From the NCBI GenBank assembly GCA_944388705.1, contig CALXJU010000004.1:1-61578 (forward strand): 61,578 bases of DNA, written 5' to 3'. Numbering within the stretch: the stretch's first letter is position 1; each line of letters begins with the position of its first letter. Both the position numbers and the translations under genes were made by a program. Below, in pieces: positions 1-8,541 of this stretch. The DNA is from an uncultured Clostridia bacterium (GTDB lineage: Bacteria; Bacillota; Clostridia; TANB77; CAG-508). A model generated the notes under the pieces. That model worked only from the letters and a program-made list of their open reading frames with translations. It was not told the DNA's origin and did no database searches.

Positions 1-5
1 GCGAC

Positions 6-32
6 AAAAAAATCAACCTTTTACAGTTGATT
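6..32 (-). terminator. intrinsic terminator after tRNA-Thr
   Basis: Minus strand: AATCAAC/GTTGATT 7-bp stem, 8-nt loop, then a T-run. Confidence 0.55.
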
Positions 33-69
33 TATCAATACTTTCGTCTGGTGCGACGATTTTACTTAA

Positions 70-145
70 TGGAGCCACTAAGCAGAATCGAACTGCTGGC
101 CTATGGGTTACGAATCCATTGCTCTACCAACTGAGCTATAGTGGC
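70..145 (-). tRNA. tRNA-Thr (anticodon CGT), CCA encoded
   Basis: Reverse complement folds as a cloverleaf: GCCACTA acceptor, GCTC/GAGC D-stem, anticodon loop TTCGTAA, AGCAG/CTGCT T-stem with TTCGATT loop, TAGTGGC-T-CCA 3' end. Confidence 0.85.
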
Positions 146-153
146 ATAAATAT

Positions 154-182
154 ATAATACAAAATTCCTAAAAAAATTTCAA
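154..182 (-). promoter_or_regulatory. sigma-A type promoter for tRNA-Thr
   Basis: Minus strand TTGAAA-17 nt-TATTAT; the -10 ends 8 nt before the tRNA 5' end. Confidence 0.5.
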
Positions 183-225
183 GTATTTAACCAAATTTAC
201 TATATAAATTCTTACATATTTTATC

Positions 226-254
226 TTGAAAAGTACATATATTCATAGTATAAT
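226..254 (+). promoter_or_regulatory. sigma-A type promoter for the CPBP protease gene
   Basis: TTGAAA-17 nt-TATAAT; AGGAAGGAG RBS at 264-272. Confidence 0.55.
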
Positions 255-278
255 ACAAAAATAAGGAAGGAGAAAAAT

Positions 279-1307
279 ATGAAATTAAAAACTAAGAAAA
301 CTCTAATATTATTATTAACAATTATAGTATTATTAATAGATTTATCATATGCTATATGTCTTTATACAGGAATTGTTAATTTAGAAAGTTCTGAAAATTC
401 ATTAATTACAAATAATTCACAAGCATTGTTTTTAACTATATGTGGAGTAGTAAATTTAATTTCTATATTATTTATAATTAAGGATATTTTAAGACACAAA
501 AAAGCAATAATAACATTAAATATAATTCAACTATTTTTTGGAAATTTATTTAATATAATTTCAGGAGTAATTAATATTGTATTATTATCAATGAAAACAA
601 AAGATATAGAAGATGTAAAAAAAGAAAAGAAAGACTTACCAGTTTTAGAAGAAATAAATGAACACAGCAAATTATTATATTTTATTATATTTGTTTTTCT
701 ATTTATAATTTGTTACACCCCTGCAACTGACCTATTACCAATACCTAATACAAAAGTTTCAGCAATAATAACTGTTTCATTATTATATATAATACAAATT
801 TGTAGTTTAGTAATTCCTATGTTAAAAGAACTAAAAAGAGATTTTGTAGCTTTTAAAAATAATTTTAAAATATATATTTCAAATATGTTACCTAGATTTG
901 GAATTATTTTTATTGTATATGCTATCTCTAGTTTAGCATTAGTTTCTTTTGTAGGAAATATATCTACAAATCAAGAAATTATATCACAGTGGCCTATATA
1001 TATTTCCGCATTTTTAGCAATAATTATAGCTCCTTTAACAGAAGAATTAATGTTTAGAGGTTTTATGAAAAAATTTATTAAAAATGACATTTTATTTATT
1101 ATATTGAGTTCACTAATTTTTGGAGGACTTCATATAATGCAATCTGAAAATTTATCACAAATACTATTTATAATACCTTATTCTATATTAGGATTCGCAT
1201 TTTCATTGAATTATGCAAAAACAAAAAATATAGCAAGTAATATATTTTTACATTCTGCTTGGAATTCAATTGCAATTATTGCAATGATTATCACAAAATT
1301 ATTGTAA
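279..1307 (+). CDS. CPBP family intramembrane glutamic endopeptidase (CAAX protease-like)
   Basis: Polytopic membrane protein carrying the EELMFRG and HSAWN motifs typical of the CPBP/Abi family. Confidence 0.8.
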   Translation: MKLKTKKTLILLLTIIVLLIDLSYAICLYTGIVNLESSENSLITNNSQALFLTICGVVNLISILFIIKDILRHKKAIITLNIIQLFFGNLFNIISGVINIVLLSMKTKDIEDVKKEKKDLPVLEEINEHSKLLYFIIFVFLFIICYTPATDLLPIPNTKVSAIITVSLLYIIQICSLVIPMLKELKRDFVAFKNNFKIYISNMLPRFGIIFIVYAISSLALVSFVGNISTNQEIISQWPIYISAFLAIIIAPLTEELMFRGFMKKFIKNDILFIILSSLIFGGLHIMQSENLSQILFIIPYSILGFAFSLNYAKTKNIASNIFLHSAWNSIAIIAMIITKLL

Positions 1308-1319
1308 ATAACATTATAA

Positions 1320-1346
1320 AAAGAGACTACTAAAAGTAATCTCTTT
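1320..1346. terminator. hairpin between convergent genes (bidirectional terminator candidate)
   Basis: AAAGAGACTAC/GTAATCTCTTT, 10 of 11 bp, with T-rich flanks on both strands. Confidence 0.45.
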
Positions 1347-1357
1347 ATAATTTATTT

Positions 1358-2989
1358 TTAAAAATGTTTTCCTCTTCTTTTTGAATATGATTCAAAATAT
1401 TCTTGTGCAATCTCTGCATCTGATTTAACATTTTCTTCTGTTTCAGAAATATCTTTTTCTGCTTCAGAAACTTCATCTTCAATTTCTTGATGTTCTGATA
1501 ATGCTCTATCTAGCTCTTCTCCTCCTGGCAAATCCATATCATCATCATCTCTTCTTGACAATCTAACTTTTATCACAATTGCGACTATTATAATTATTAC
1601 TAGAACTATTATTACTCCTACTATTATTTTTTCTCTTAATCCCCAAGTTGATGGTTTTAACCACTCAACCTTTCCGACTACTGCTTCATCTTGTACATTT
1701 TTATTTACTATAATTTGATATGTCGCATTTTCTCCTGTTTCTGCATTACTTACGAGTATTGTTATTATATTTTCCCCATTTTGTAAGTTTTCATTTCCTG
1801 CGATTTCTATTGTTGCATTTTCATCACTTGCTAATGCCTCTATATCTAATGAACTTAAATCTTCTGTTAATCCTATTGTATACTCATATACATCTTCACT
1901 AAATTTTGGACTTAAATTCTGTCCTTTTACTAGTAATTGTGATAATCCAAAAACTTTTTCTTCATCATCTGTTGGTTCTTCTGGTTCTTCAGTTGCCGTT
2001 GAAGCTATTCGGGTTATTACTAATGTATAAGTTTTCTTCGTTGTACCATCTGGTGCAGTTACTTCTACATTTACTGTATTTTCTCCTTCTTGTAATGTCA
2101 CTTTTCCTGTTCCTGTGATTTTTGCATCTGGATTTACCGCTTCTGCATATACTTCTACTTCTGTTAACTCATTTGGTACTTCTACAGTATATGATGTGTT
2201 ATCTCTCTTAAATCCTGAGAAATCATATTCTGTTGGTCTTATTCCTAAGTTTTTTAACCTTGCTTCTGTTTCATTTTCTGGGTTATCTTCTTCTGCTGTT
2301 AGTCTTGTTATATTCATCGTATATGTTTTTTTAGTAACTCCATCTTCTGCTGTTACTGTTACTTTTACAGTATTTGAGCCTTCTTTAAGATTTACTGTAC
2401 CTGTTCCTGTAACTGTAGCATTTGAATCTACTGGATAAGCATATACTGTTATTCTACTTGTACTATTTGAAACTTCTAAATTATATTCAGTTGTATCTCT
2501 TCTAAATCCTTCAAAATCTTCTGGATTAAATCCTAAATTTTTTAGTCTTGCTTCTGATGATTTAGTCGATGTTGATGGTGGTGTTGTTCCACCTGTATTA
2601 TCAGTAGTACTTGTATTTACACTTACACTTACTGATTGAGGTCCTATGTTTAAATCTTGTCCCGTAGTATCAGCAACAGTTGTTGGAGTTACTGTTATTG
2701 TTGCATTTCCTTCACCTTTTGCTGTACAAGTAACTGTAGCACTTGTATTTTCAATCCAAATTAAATTTTCGCCTGCATCTATATTAGAACTACTTGTTAT
2801 ACTATATTGTCCAATTAATCCTGTTCCATTCACTACAATATTAAATGTTTCTCCAACTGTTACAGAGCTTTTAGAGACTGATACTGAAAAAGATGCTGCT
2901 TCTATATTTGTAGAGAAAATCATTATATTTAATAACATTAATATTATGCACATTAATATAAATTTTGTCTTATTTAATTTCATTAGCAA
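1358..2989 (-). CDS. surface protein: signal peptide, Ig-like domain, three cadherin-like beta-sandwich repeats, C-terminal TM anchor and acidic tail
   Basis: N-terminal signal MLMKLNKTKFILMCIILMLLNIMIF. Three roughly 85-aa repeats run from ARLKNLG to TYT(M/L)xITR. TM segment IIVGVIIVLVIIIIVAIVI lies near the C-terminus. Confidence 0.65.
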   Translation of the reverse strand: MLMKLNKTKFILMCIILMLLNIMIFSTNIEAASFSVSVSKSSVTVGETFNIVVNGTGLIGQYSITSSSNIDAGENLIWIENTSATVTCTAKGEGNATITVTPTTVADTTGQDLNIGPQSVSVSVNTSTTDNTGGTTPPSTSTKSSEARLKNLGFNPEDFEGFRRDTTEYNLEVSNSTSRITVYAYPVDSNATVTGTGTVNLKEGSNTVKVTVTAEDGVTKKTYTMNITRLTAEEDNPENETEARLKNLGIRPTEYDFSGFKRDNTSYTVEVPNELTEVEVYAEAVNPDAKITGTGKVTLQEGENTVNVEVTAPDGTTKKTYTLVITRIASTATEEPEEPTDDEEKVFGLSQLLVKGQNLSPKFSEDVYEYTIGLTEDLSSLDIEALASDENATIEIAGNENLQNGENIITILVSNAETGENATYQIIVNKNVQDEAVVGKVEWLKPSTWGLREKIIVGVIIVLVIIIIVAIVIKVRLSRRDDDDMDLPGGEELDRALSEHQEIEDEVSEAEKDISETEENVKSDAEIAQEYFESYSKRRGKHF

Positions 2990-2996
2990 TTCTCCT

Positions 2997-4718
2997 TTAT
3001 ATTTCTATTGTACTTGTTCCCATTATATAATTTTTTACGGTAACATAATCTCCCGCAGTTATATTTCCGTCTTGATTTACATCTGCACCTGTTCTATAAA
3101 TACCAGTTATATCGGTTGTTCCCATAATATCATTTTTTATATTTACATAATCACCTGCAGTTATATTTCCGTCTCCATTCACATCTCCTAAAACAGAAAC
3201 TACAATTGTGTCATTAATCACACAACCTGTACCAATTTTAGCATCAGCACTTAAAACTTCTCCATTTGCATTTTTTACTACTACACTTTCTCCCATTACT
3301 TTTTTAACTTCTTCTACTGTTGTACTAGGAACTGCTTTAGCTTCATTAGTTGTGTTATCTATTTCTATTTTTTCTTCTGGTGTCATTGGAACTTCTGGTT
3401 CTGTTGGTGTTTCTGGTTGTTCTTGTTCAACTGGAACTAAATACAACTTATATGTACTTTCATAATCATATGTTTCTCTAGCTGCATATCCTCTTGTTCC
3501 ATCTGATTTCATTACTAAATCCCAATATGTACCACCAATTTTTTCTGTACCTTTAGATAATCTAGTTATAATTTCATCTTTATATACCCAGCCAACTGTT
3601 GATGGTCCATTTGGTGCATTTCTTAATCTTAATGAATTTGTAACATTTACTTTTACTAACTCTGTATTTGTTGGATATTCTGTGTCTAATGTTGTTGAAG
3701 GTCTTGGGCTTGCACTAGAAGGCATATTTTTAAATAAAGGTATTATAAATGTATATCCCGCATCTACTGATCCTACTTCTTCAAAAGTTTTTCTTAATGT
3801 TGAACCTTCTGATTGTGCAGCTAAAATATTTGTCATATATTGATGCCAATATAAATTTCCATCTGAATTTTCTACATCAAATTTTTGAAAATATAATGTA
3901 TTTTGACCTTTTGTTATATAACTTGAAGCAATTATTGAAACTCCTCCATCTATTGACTTTTCTAATGTATTCCATCCATTTGCTTCAGCTTTTTTTAATC
4001 CATTTAGTATGACTGCTTCTTTTCCACTTCCACTTGCTCCTATATTAAATACATTATAATATCCAACATATTGTCCATTATATCCTGCTCCAGATGATAA
4101 AGTTGAACCTCCACTTCCTTGTTCTTGTATTATTCTTGCTACTATGTAATATGGATTTACATTATATTTTTGTCCTGCTGATATTATTGCATTTATATAT
4201 GATTCATTGTTTAAAAATGTATTTGCTACCATTGTTCTTATTGTATTAATATCACAATCATAATATGTTAATTCCATAAATTGAAATATGTCTGAATAAT
4301 TTGCAGAATTCCTTGGGTCCATCATATATGCAATTGCTGCCTCTGATGCGCAATGCCAATTTCCACTATCATATGTTTTTCCACCACAAGCCGAACATAT
4401 CCATGCTCCATCATATTTAGCATTATTAGCTGGTACTAAATTTCTTGGTGAACTTCCATGTCCAACATATTCATTTGCTATTGCTTCTGACCATTCTATG
4501 TCAGTATACAATATCTTAAAATTCCAATTTGGATGTTGGCTTTTTAATTGTTGTAATATTTCTTTTATTTGTGGGTATTGATTTGAATCAATTGAATTAA
4601 TATCTGTAGTTGTTGTTTGACTTACCGCAAATACTTTTCCACTCCAGATAAGATTTATTATTATATATGCTACAATTAGTACAAAAATTACTAATATTTT
4701 TCTTATATTTTTCTCCAT
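2997..4718 (-). CDS. secreted peptidoglycan hydrolase: N-acetylglucosaminidase domain + SH3-like domain + C-terminal dockerin repeats
   Basis: Glucosaminidase-like block (YYIVARIIQEQGSGG). SH3b-like segment (LRLRNAPNG...GWVYKDE). Two Ca-loop repeats, DVNGDGNITAGDY and DVNQDGNITAGDY. Start placed at the second ATG (4718) behind the AGAGGTG RBS; the ORF extends to 4754. Confidence 0.75.
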   Translation of the reverse strand: MEKNIRKILVIFVLIVAYIIINLIWSGKVFAVSQTTTTDINSIDSNQYPQIKEILQQLKSQHPNWNFKILYTDIEWSEAIANEYVGHGSSPRNLVPANNAKYDGAWICSACGGKTYDSGNWHCASEAAIAYMMDPRNSANYSDIFQFMELTYYDCDINTIRTMVANTFLNNESYINAIISAGQKYNVNPYYIVARIIQEQGSGGSTLSSGAGYNGQYVGYYNVFNIGASGSGKEAVILNGLKKAEANGWNTLEKSIDGGVSIIASSYITKGQNTLYFQKFDVENSDGNLYWHQYMTNILAAQSEGSTLRKTFEEVGSVDAGYTFIIPLFKNMPSSASPRPSTTLDTEYPTNTELVKVNVTNSLRLRNAPNGPSTVGWVYKDEIITRLSKGTEKIGGTYWDLVMKSDGTRGYAARETYDYESTYKLYLVPVEQEQPETPTEPEVPMTPEEKIEIDNTTNEAKAVPSTTVEEVKKVMGESVVVKNANGEVLSADAKIGTGCVINDTIVVSVLGDVNGDGNITAGDYVNIKNDIMGTTDITGIYRTGADVNQDGNITAGDYVTVKNYIMGTSTIEI

Positions 4719-4858
4719 ATTTACACCTCTTTTGTTTCTTCCAAATTTTATCATGCTTCTTCGACATTAGTATATCATTTTTTACCTTTTTAAGTCAACA
4801 TTAGATGTCAATTTTTTTATTACATTTGTGTTACAATTGTATCATTTGTAACATTTTG

Positions 4859-4887
4859 TTGGAATATATACAAATATGTGATATAAT
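4859..4887 (+). promoter_or_regulatory. sigma-A promoter with extended -10, upstream of the U32 gene
   Basis: TTGGAA-17 nt-TATAAT with TG at -15/-14 (TGaTATAAT). Confidence 0.5.
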
Positions 4888-4903
4888 ATTGTCAAATTTT
4901 GAA

Positions 4904-4998
4904 GGTCTGTCCCCAAATTACCCAAAAGGAAAAAAGAGAACCGTCCCAAAATTGCCAAAAGGGAAAAAACGGGACAGGTCCCAAATTTCCCTGAAAGG
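4904..4998 (+). repeat. family A interspersed repeat, copy A1 (three tandem 32-34 bp units)
   Basis: Units are GGTCTGTCCCC-AAATTACCC-AAAAGG-AAAAAA, GAGAACCGTCCC-AAAATTGCC-AAAAGGG-AAAAAA and CGGGACAGGTCCC-AAATTTCCC-TGAAAGG. The same cores recur at 31698-31832 and 43872-43979. Confidence 0.85.
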
Positions 4999-5005
4999 AG
5001 ATTAT

Positions 5006-7378
5006 ATGATTGAGTTACTTTCACCAGTCGGTGATTTTGAATGTTTAAAAGCTGCCGTACAAAATGGAGCTGATGCAGTATATTTTGGAGCAAATTTATT
5101 TAGTGCAAGAGCATTTGCTTCAAATTTTGATGATAATATTTTAGAAGAAGCGATAAATTATGCAAAAATCCGTGGAGTAAAAACTAATTTGACATTAAAT
5201 ACATTAATAAAAAATAATGAAGTGGCTGATGCAATAAATCTAGCCAAAAAAGCTTATGAATATGGTATTGATGCAATTATTGTTCAAGATTTAGGGCTTG
5301 CACGTTATTTAATTAAAAATTTTCCGGGTTTACATGTACATGGAAGTACTCAAATGTCAGTACATAACCTAAATGGTGTACACAAATTACAAGAACTTGG
5401 ATTTTCAAGAGTAGTACTTTCTCGTGAATTAAGTATTAAAGAAATAGAAGAAATATGTAAAAATTCTGATATAGAAATTGAAGTTTTTGTACATGGTGCA
5501 TTATGTATTTCTTATTCTGGTCAATGCTTATTTTCAAGCATGGTAGGTGGACGTTCTGGAAATCGTGGAAAATGTGCACAGCCTTGTAGATTGCCTTATC
5601 AACTAATAGAAAATAACCAAGCTAATCAAAAAGTTATAGATAATGGTTATTTACTAAGTCCTAGAGATTTATGTGGATTAGAATTTTTACCTCAACTTGT
5701 TAATGCTGGTGTTTCTTGTTTGAAAATTGAAGGTAGAATGAAAACTCCTGAATATGTTGCTACTGTTACTAGAATTTATAGAAAATATTTAGATTTGGCT
5801 ATTTCTGGTCAATCTTTTATAATTGATGAACAAGATAAAAAAGATTTATTACAAGTATTTAATCGTGGTGGTTTTTCTAATGGTCATTTAGGCAATACTC
5901 CTAACAGAAATCTAATTTATAAAGAAAAGCCTAATAATATGGGAATTGAACTTGGTAAAGTTTCTAATTTTAATAATAATAAAGGTCATATTTCTTTCAC
6001 AACTGAATCTACTTTACATATTGGAGATACTATTTCAATTGAAAATAAAAAACACGAAACTTCTTTATATACAATTTCTGAACTTATGATTAAAGACAAA
6101 AATATTAAAGAAGCAAATCCTGGTGATAATATTAAAATTGGTAGAATGAAAGGGTCTATTTATGTTAATGATAAAATATATAAAATTTCAGACAAAAAAC
6201 TTACCTCCTCTGCCCTTGACACTCTTGATAAGGAATTACGAAAAATACCTCTAAATTGTAAATTAGTAGTAAAACACAATTCTCCAATATCAATTAGTTT
6301 ATTAGGTAATAACATAGAAACAACTATAATTTCTGACATTATACCTGTAAATGCAATTAATAATCCTATTACAAAAGAAAGATTGATAGAACAGTTTTCT
6401 AAAACTACTAATACTCCTTTTGAAATATCAAATTTCGAAATTGTTCTAGATGATGGATTATTTATCCAGAGTATTAGTTCTTTAAATGAGTTAAGAAGAC
6501 AAGCTATTTCTGAATATCAACAAAAACTTATTTCTTCTTTTAAAAGAAATAGTATTGAACTTTCTGACTTTTTAGAAAATAGATTTATTAAAACTACTTT
6601 TAATTATAATAAAAAAATTAGTTTATTATTAAATGTTTTAAATACTAATTTTGATTATTCTAATTTACATGATGTTGATAGAATATATATTCCTTTAAAA
6701 TATTTTAGAGCTAAAAAATATGCAAATATTCTAAGTGCTATTACACAAATTTTTGACACTTACATATATATGCCAACTATTGTAAGAAATAATTTAAATA
6801 TTAAAAGTATTGTTAAAAATTACGATATTAAAGGATTTGTACTTTCTAATATTGGAGACTTTGAATTGCTAAAAAACTATTCATCTAAGTATAAATTTAT
6901 CTGTAATTATACTTTTAATATTTACAATGATTTGACTATAAATGAATTAAATGTTGATACAGTAACACTTTCTCCTGAACTTAATAAACTAGATTTACAA
7001 AATATTTATGCAAATAATACTGAACTTATTGTTTATGGAAATACTCCTATTATGAACTCAAATTATTGTTTATTAGGTAAATCTAATAAGTGTTATCCTG
7101 AATGTAAAAAACTTTGCAATTCATCTAATAAATATTTTTTAAAAGATAGACTTGGATTTTTGTTTAGGATTATTCCTGATAATTATGAAACTGTTACTAC
7201 TATTTATAATAGCAAAATCACTTCTATTCCTCATAAGGAAGTTAATATAGATTCAGTTAGAATAGATATTTTAGATGAAAATATTTCAGAAATTAATAAT
7301 ATTATTAGAGTTGTTAAAACAGGAGAAAAATTAGAAGGTAAAAATTATACTAATGGAAATTTTAGCCGAAATGTTTAA
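5006..7378 (+). CDS. U32 family peptidase (collagenase-like)
   Basis: MIELLSPVGDFECLKAAVQNGADAVYFG N-terminus and the U32 signature EVFVHGALCISYSGQC. Start at ATG 5006 behind the AAAGGAG RBS; the upstream part of the ORF track entry is repeat-derived. Confidence 0.85.
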   Translation: MIELLSPVGDFECLKAAVQNGADAVYFGANLFSARAFASNFDDNILEEAINYAKIRGVKTNLTLNTLIKNNEVADAINLAKKAYEYGIDAIIVQDLGLARYLIKNFPGLHVHGSTQMSVHNLNGVHKLQELGFSRVVLSRELSIKEIEEICKNSDIEIEVFVHGALCISYSGQCLFSSMVGGRSGNRGKCAQPCRLPYQLIENNQANQKVIDNGYLLSPRDLCGLEFLPQLVNAGVSCLKIEGRMKTPEYVATVTRIYRKYLDLAISGQSFIIDEQDKKDLLQVFNRGGFSNGHLGNTPNRNLIYKEKPNNMGIELGKVSNFNNNKGHISFTTESTLHIGDTISIENKKHETSLYTISELMIKDKNIKEANPGDNIKIGRMKGSIYVNDKIYKISDKKLTSSALDTLDKELRKIPLNCKLVVKHNSPISISLLGNNIETTIISDIIPVNAINNPITKERLIEQFSKTTNTPFEISNFEIVLDDGLFIQSISSLNELRRQAISEYQQKLISSFKRNSIELSDFLENRFIKTTFNYNKKISLLLNVLNTNFDYSNLHDVDRIYIPLKYFRAKKYANILSAITQIFDTYIYMPTIVRNNLNIKSIVKNYDIKGFVLSNIGDFELLKNYSSKYKFICNYTFNIYNDLTINELNVDTVTLSPELNKLDLQNIYANNTELIVYGNTPIMNSNYCLLGKSNKCYPECKKLCNSSNKYFLKDRLGFLFRIIPDNYETVTTIYNSKITSIPHKEVNIDSVRIDILDENISEINNIIRVVKTGEKLEGKNYTNGNFSRNV

Positions 7379-7462
7379 AAACTTGAATTTCGTAACCTAA
7401 ATTTGACATTTAACGTTTTTTAGAGTATAATAAATTTATTATAATTTTAAAGGAGGATTATT

Positions 7463-7717
7463 ATGCGGGTAACAATCACAGTAGATGTCGACCAAAAATG
7501 CAATTACTTTATAGTGAGAGCTTCACACCTCACTAAAGAAGTAACTGTAAGCACTGCAAAATTTATCAATCGTTTTTTTAAGTATGATTCTGAATTTACA
7601 AACAAATTCATATCTCTTGCTTCTCTTGGTAATAATGAATTAGAAAATATCATTATTACAGACAGAGCTGCACAAGAGATACAAACTCTTCTTGAGTTTA
7701 ACAGGATTGATTCATAA
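7463..7717 (+). CDS. hypothetical small protein (84 aa)
   Basis: ORF with AAGGAGG RBS, followed by a strong terminator; no recognisable motif. Confidence 0.5.
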   Translation: MRVTITVDVDQKCNYFIVRASHLTKEVTVSTAKFINRFFKYDSEFTNKFISLASLGNNELENIIITDRAAQEIQTLLEFNRIDS

Positions 7718-7730
7718 TCCTTCGGTTTCA

Positions 7731-7769
7731 GGGGGCTACAACTTAGGTTGTTAGCCCCTCTTTCTTTTT
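7731..7769 (+). terminator. intrinsic terminator
   Basis: GC-rich stem GGGGCTACAAC/GTTGTTAGCCCC followed by TTTCTTTTT. Confidence 0.75.
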
Positions 7770-8025
7770 ATATTAATAATTTAATCAAAATTAAAAATAC
7801 TGCACCAGGTATTCCCAATATTCCAATTAAAATAGATGTATAAAAATTTAACCCTATATGAAATCCCCATGTTGCACCTATTATATTAATTATATAAATT
7901 AATATTCCACCCAAAATAGAATTAAAAATTAATTTTAAAATCCATTTTATAGGTACAATAAAAATTTTTCCTATAATAAAAAATAAACATATGCAAGATA
8001 TAAATATTAGAATATTTATATTCAT
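7768..8025 (-). CDS. bofA: pro-sigmaK processing inhibitor BofA
   Basis: 85 aa, two TM segments. PIKWILK...GFHIGLNFYTSILIGILGIPGAVFLILIK aligns with recalled B. subtilis BofA (KPLKWIG...GIHVPINLVTTAISGILGIPGIAALVVIK). Confidence 0.88.
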   Translation of the reverse strand: MNINILIFISCICLFFIIGKIFIVPIKWILKLIFNSILGGILIYIINIIGATWGFHIGLNFYTSILIGILGIPGAVFLILIKLLI

Positions 8026-8036
8026 ATTATCACCTC

Positions 8037-8070
8037 AAAAAAATAGTAGTAAATTTTACTACTATTTTTA
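8037..8070 (-). terminator. AT-rich hairpin plus T-run between yaaL and bofA
   Basis: ATAGTAGT/ACTACTAT stem extended by A/T pairs, followed on the minus strand by T-run and the GAGGTG RBS of bofA. Confidence 0.4.
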
Positions 8071-8093
8071 TGTTTTAATTTGGACAAATATTC
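8064..8093 (-). promoter_or_regulatory. candidate sigma-E type (mother cell) promoter for bofA
   Basis: Minus strand GAATATT-14 nt-CATAAAAAT resembles the recalled sigma-E consensus (ATATT-14 nt-CATACA-T). Weak evidence. Confidence 0.25.
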
Positions 8094-8380
8094 TAAACTG
8101 CCATATTATTTTTACTAAATAATCTAAATTTAAATTCATTTACTTTACTTAGCACTAAGCCATTTCTTTTTGCAATTTTTATTAAATAATCTAATTTAGC
8201 TTGATTTGCTTTAATTTGATAAGTATAGTAATCAATTAAATCATCTTCTGCATATTCAAAATTACATCTCGCAACTTTCAATTTTTCTTTTGTATCAATA
8301 ATTGATTGTATAAGTTCTATTCTTTTTTCTTCTTCTGTCTTTCCTTTTAACATCTTTTCTAACAAATACTCTTCTTGCAT
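8093..8380 (-). CDS. yaaL: DUF2508 family protein (YaaL-like)
   Basis: 95 aa helical protein. NFEYAEDDLIDYYTYQIKANQAKLDYLIKIAKRNG fits the DUF2508 pattern, and the position just upstream of bofA matches B. subtilis. Confidence 0.65.
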   Translation of the reverse strand: MQEEYLLEKMLKGKTEEEKRIELIQSIIDTKEKLKVARCNFEYAEDDLIDYYTYQIKANQAKLDYLIKIAKRNGLVLSKVNEFKFRLFSKNNMAV

Positions 8381-8477
8381 ATAGCTCTCCTTTTAATATA
8401 ATTTGTTATTATTTTATGCAAGCGATTTTAATTTTATCCATAAAAAATAGCAAAAATTACAAAATCTTCAAATTTTA

Positions 8478-8506
8478 TTGATATTTACGGATTTTTATTA
8501 TATAAT
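8478..8506 (+). promoter_or_regulatory. sigma-A promoter for serS
   Basis: TTGATA-17 nt-TATAAT. Confidence 0.6.
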
Positions 8507-8541
8507 ATCATTATTATTTTAATAATATCAAGGAGGACAAA

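Noticed and set aside
1-60. TGGTGCGACG at 49-58 looked like the reverse complement of a tRNA 3' end (CCA), suggesting a second tRNA.
   Set aside because: No cloverleaf can be drawn. The region is better explained as a spacer plus the terminator hairpin at 6-32.
4904-4998. Could family A be a CRISPR array?
   Set aside because: The units are contiguous with no unique spacers, they are partly inverted, each locus has only 2-4 units, and no cas genes are nearby.
4805-5005. N-terminal 67-codon extension of the U32 peptidase ORF in the track (MSIFLL...PKGKKRTVPKLPKGKKRDRSQISLKGDY).
   Set aside because: It spans a promoter and family A repeat copy A1. A strong AAAGGAG RBS precedes ATG 5006, where the conserved U32 N-terminus begins.
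8381-8541. T-box leader upstream of serS (and likewise upstream of gltX).
   Set aside because: The serS leader is only about 35 nt after a clear TTGATA-17 nt-TATAAT promoter. gltX is translationally linked to rnj. No T-box sequence or specifier hairpin was seen.
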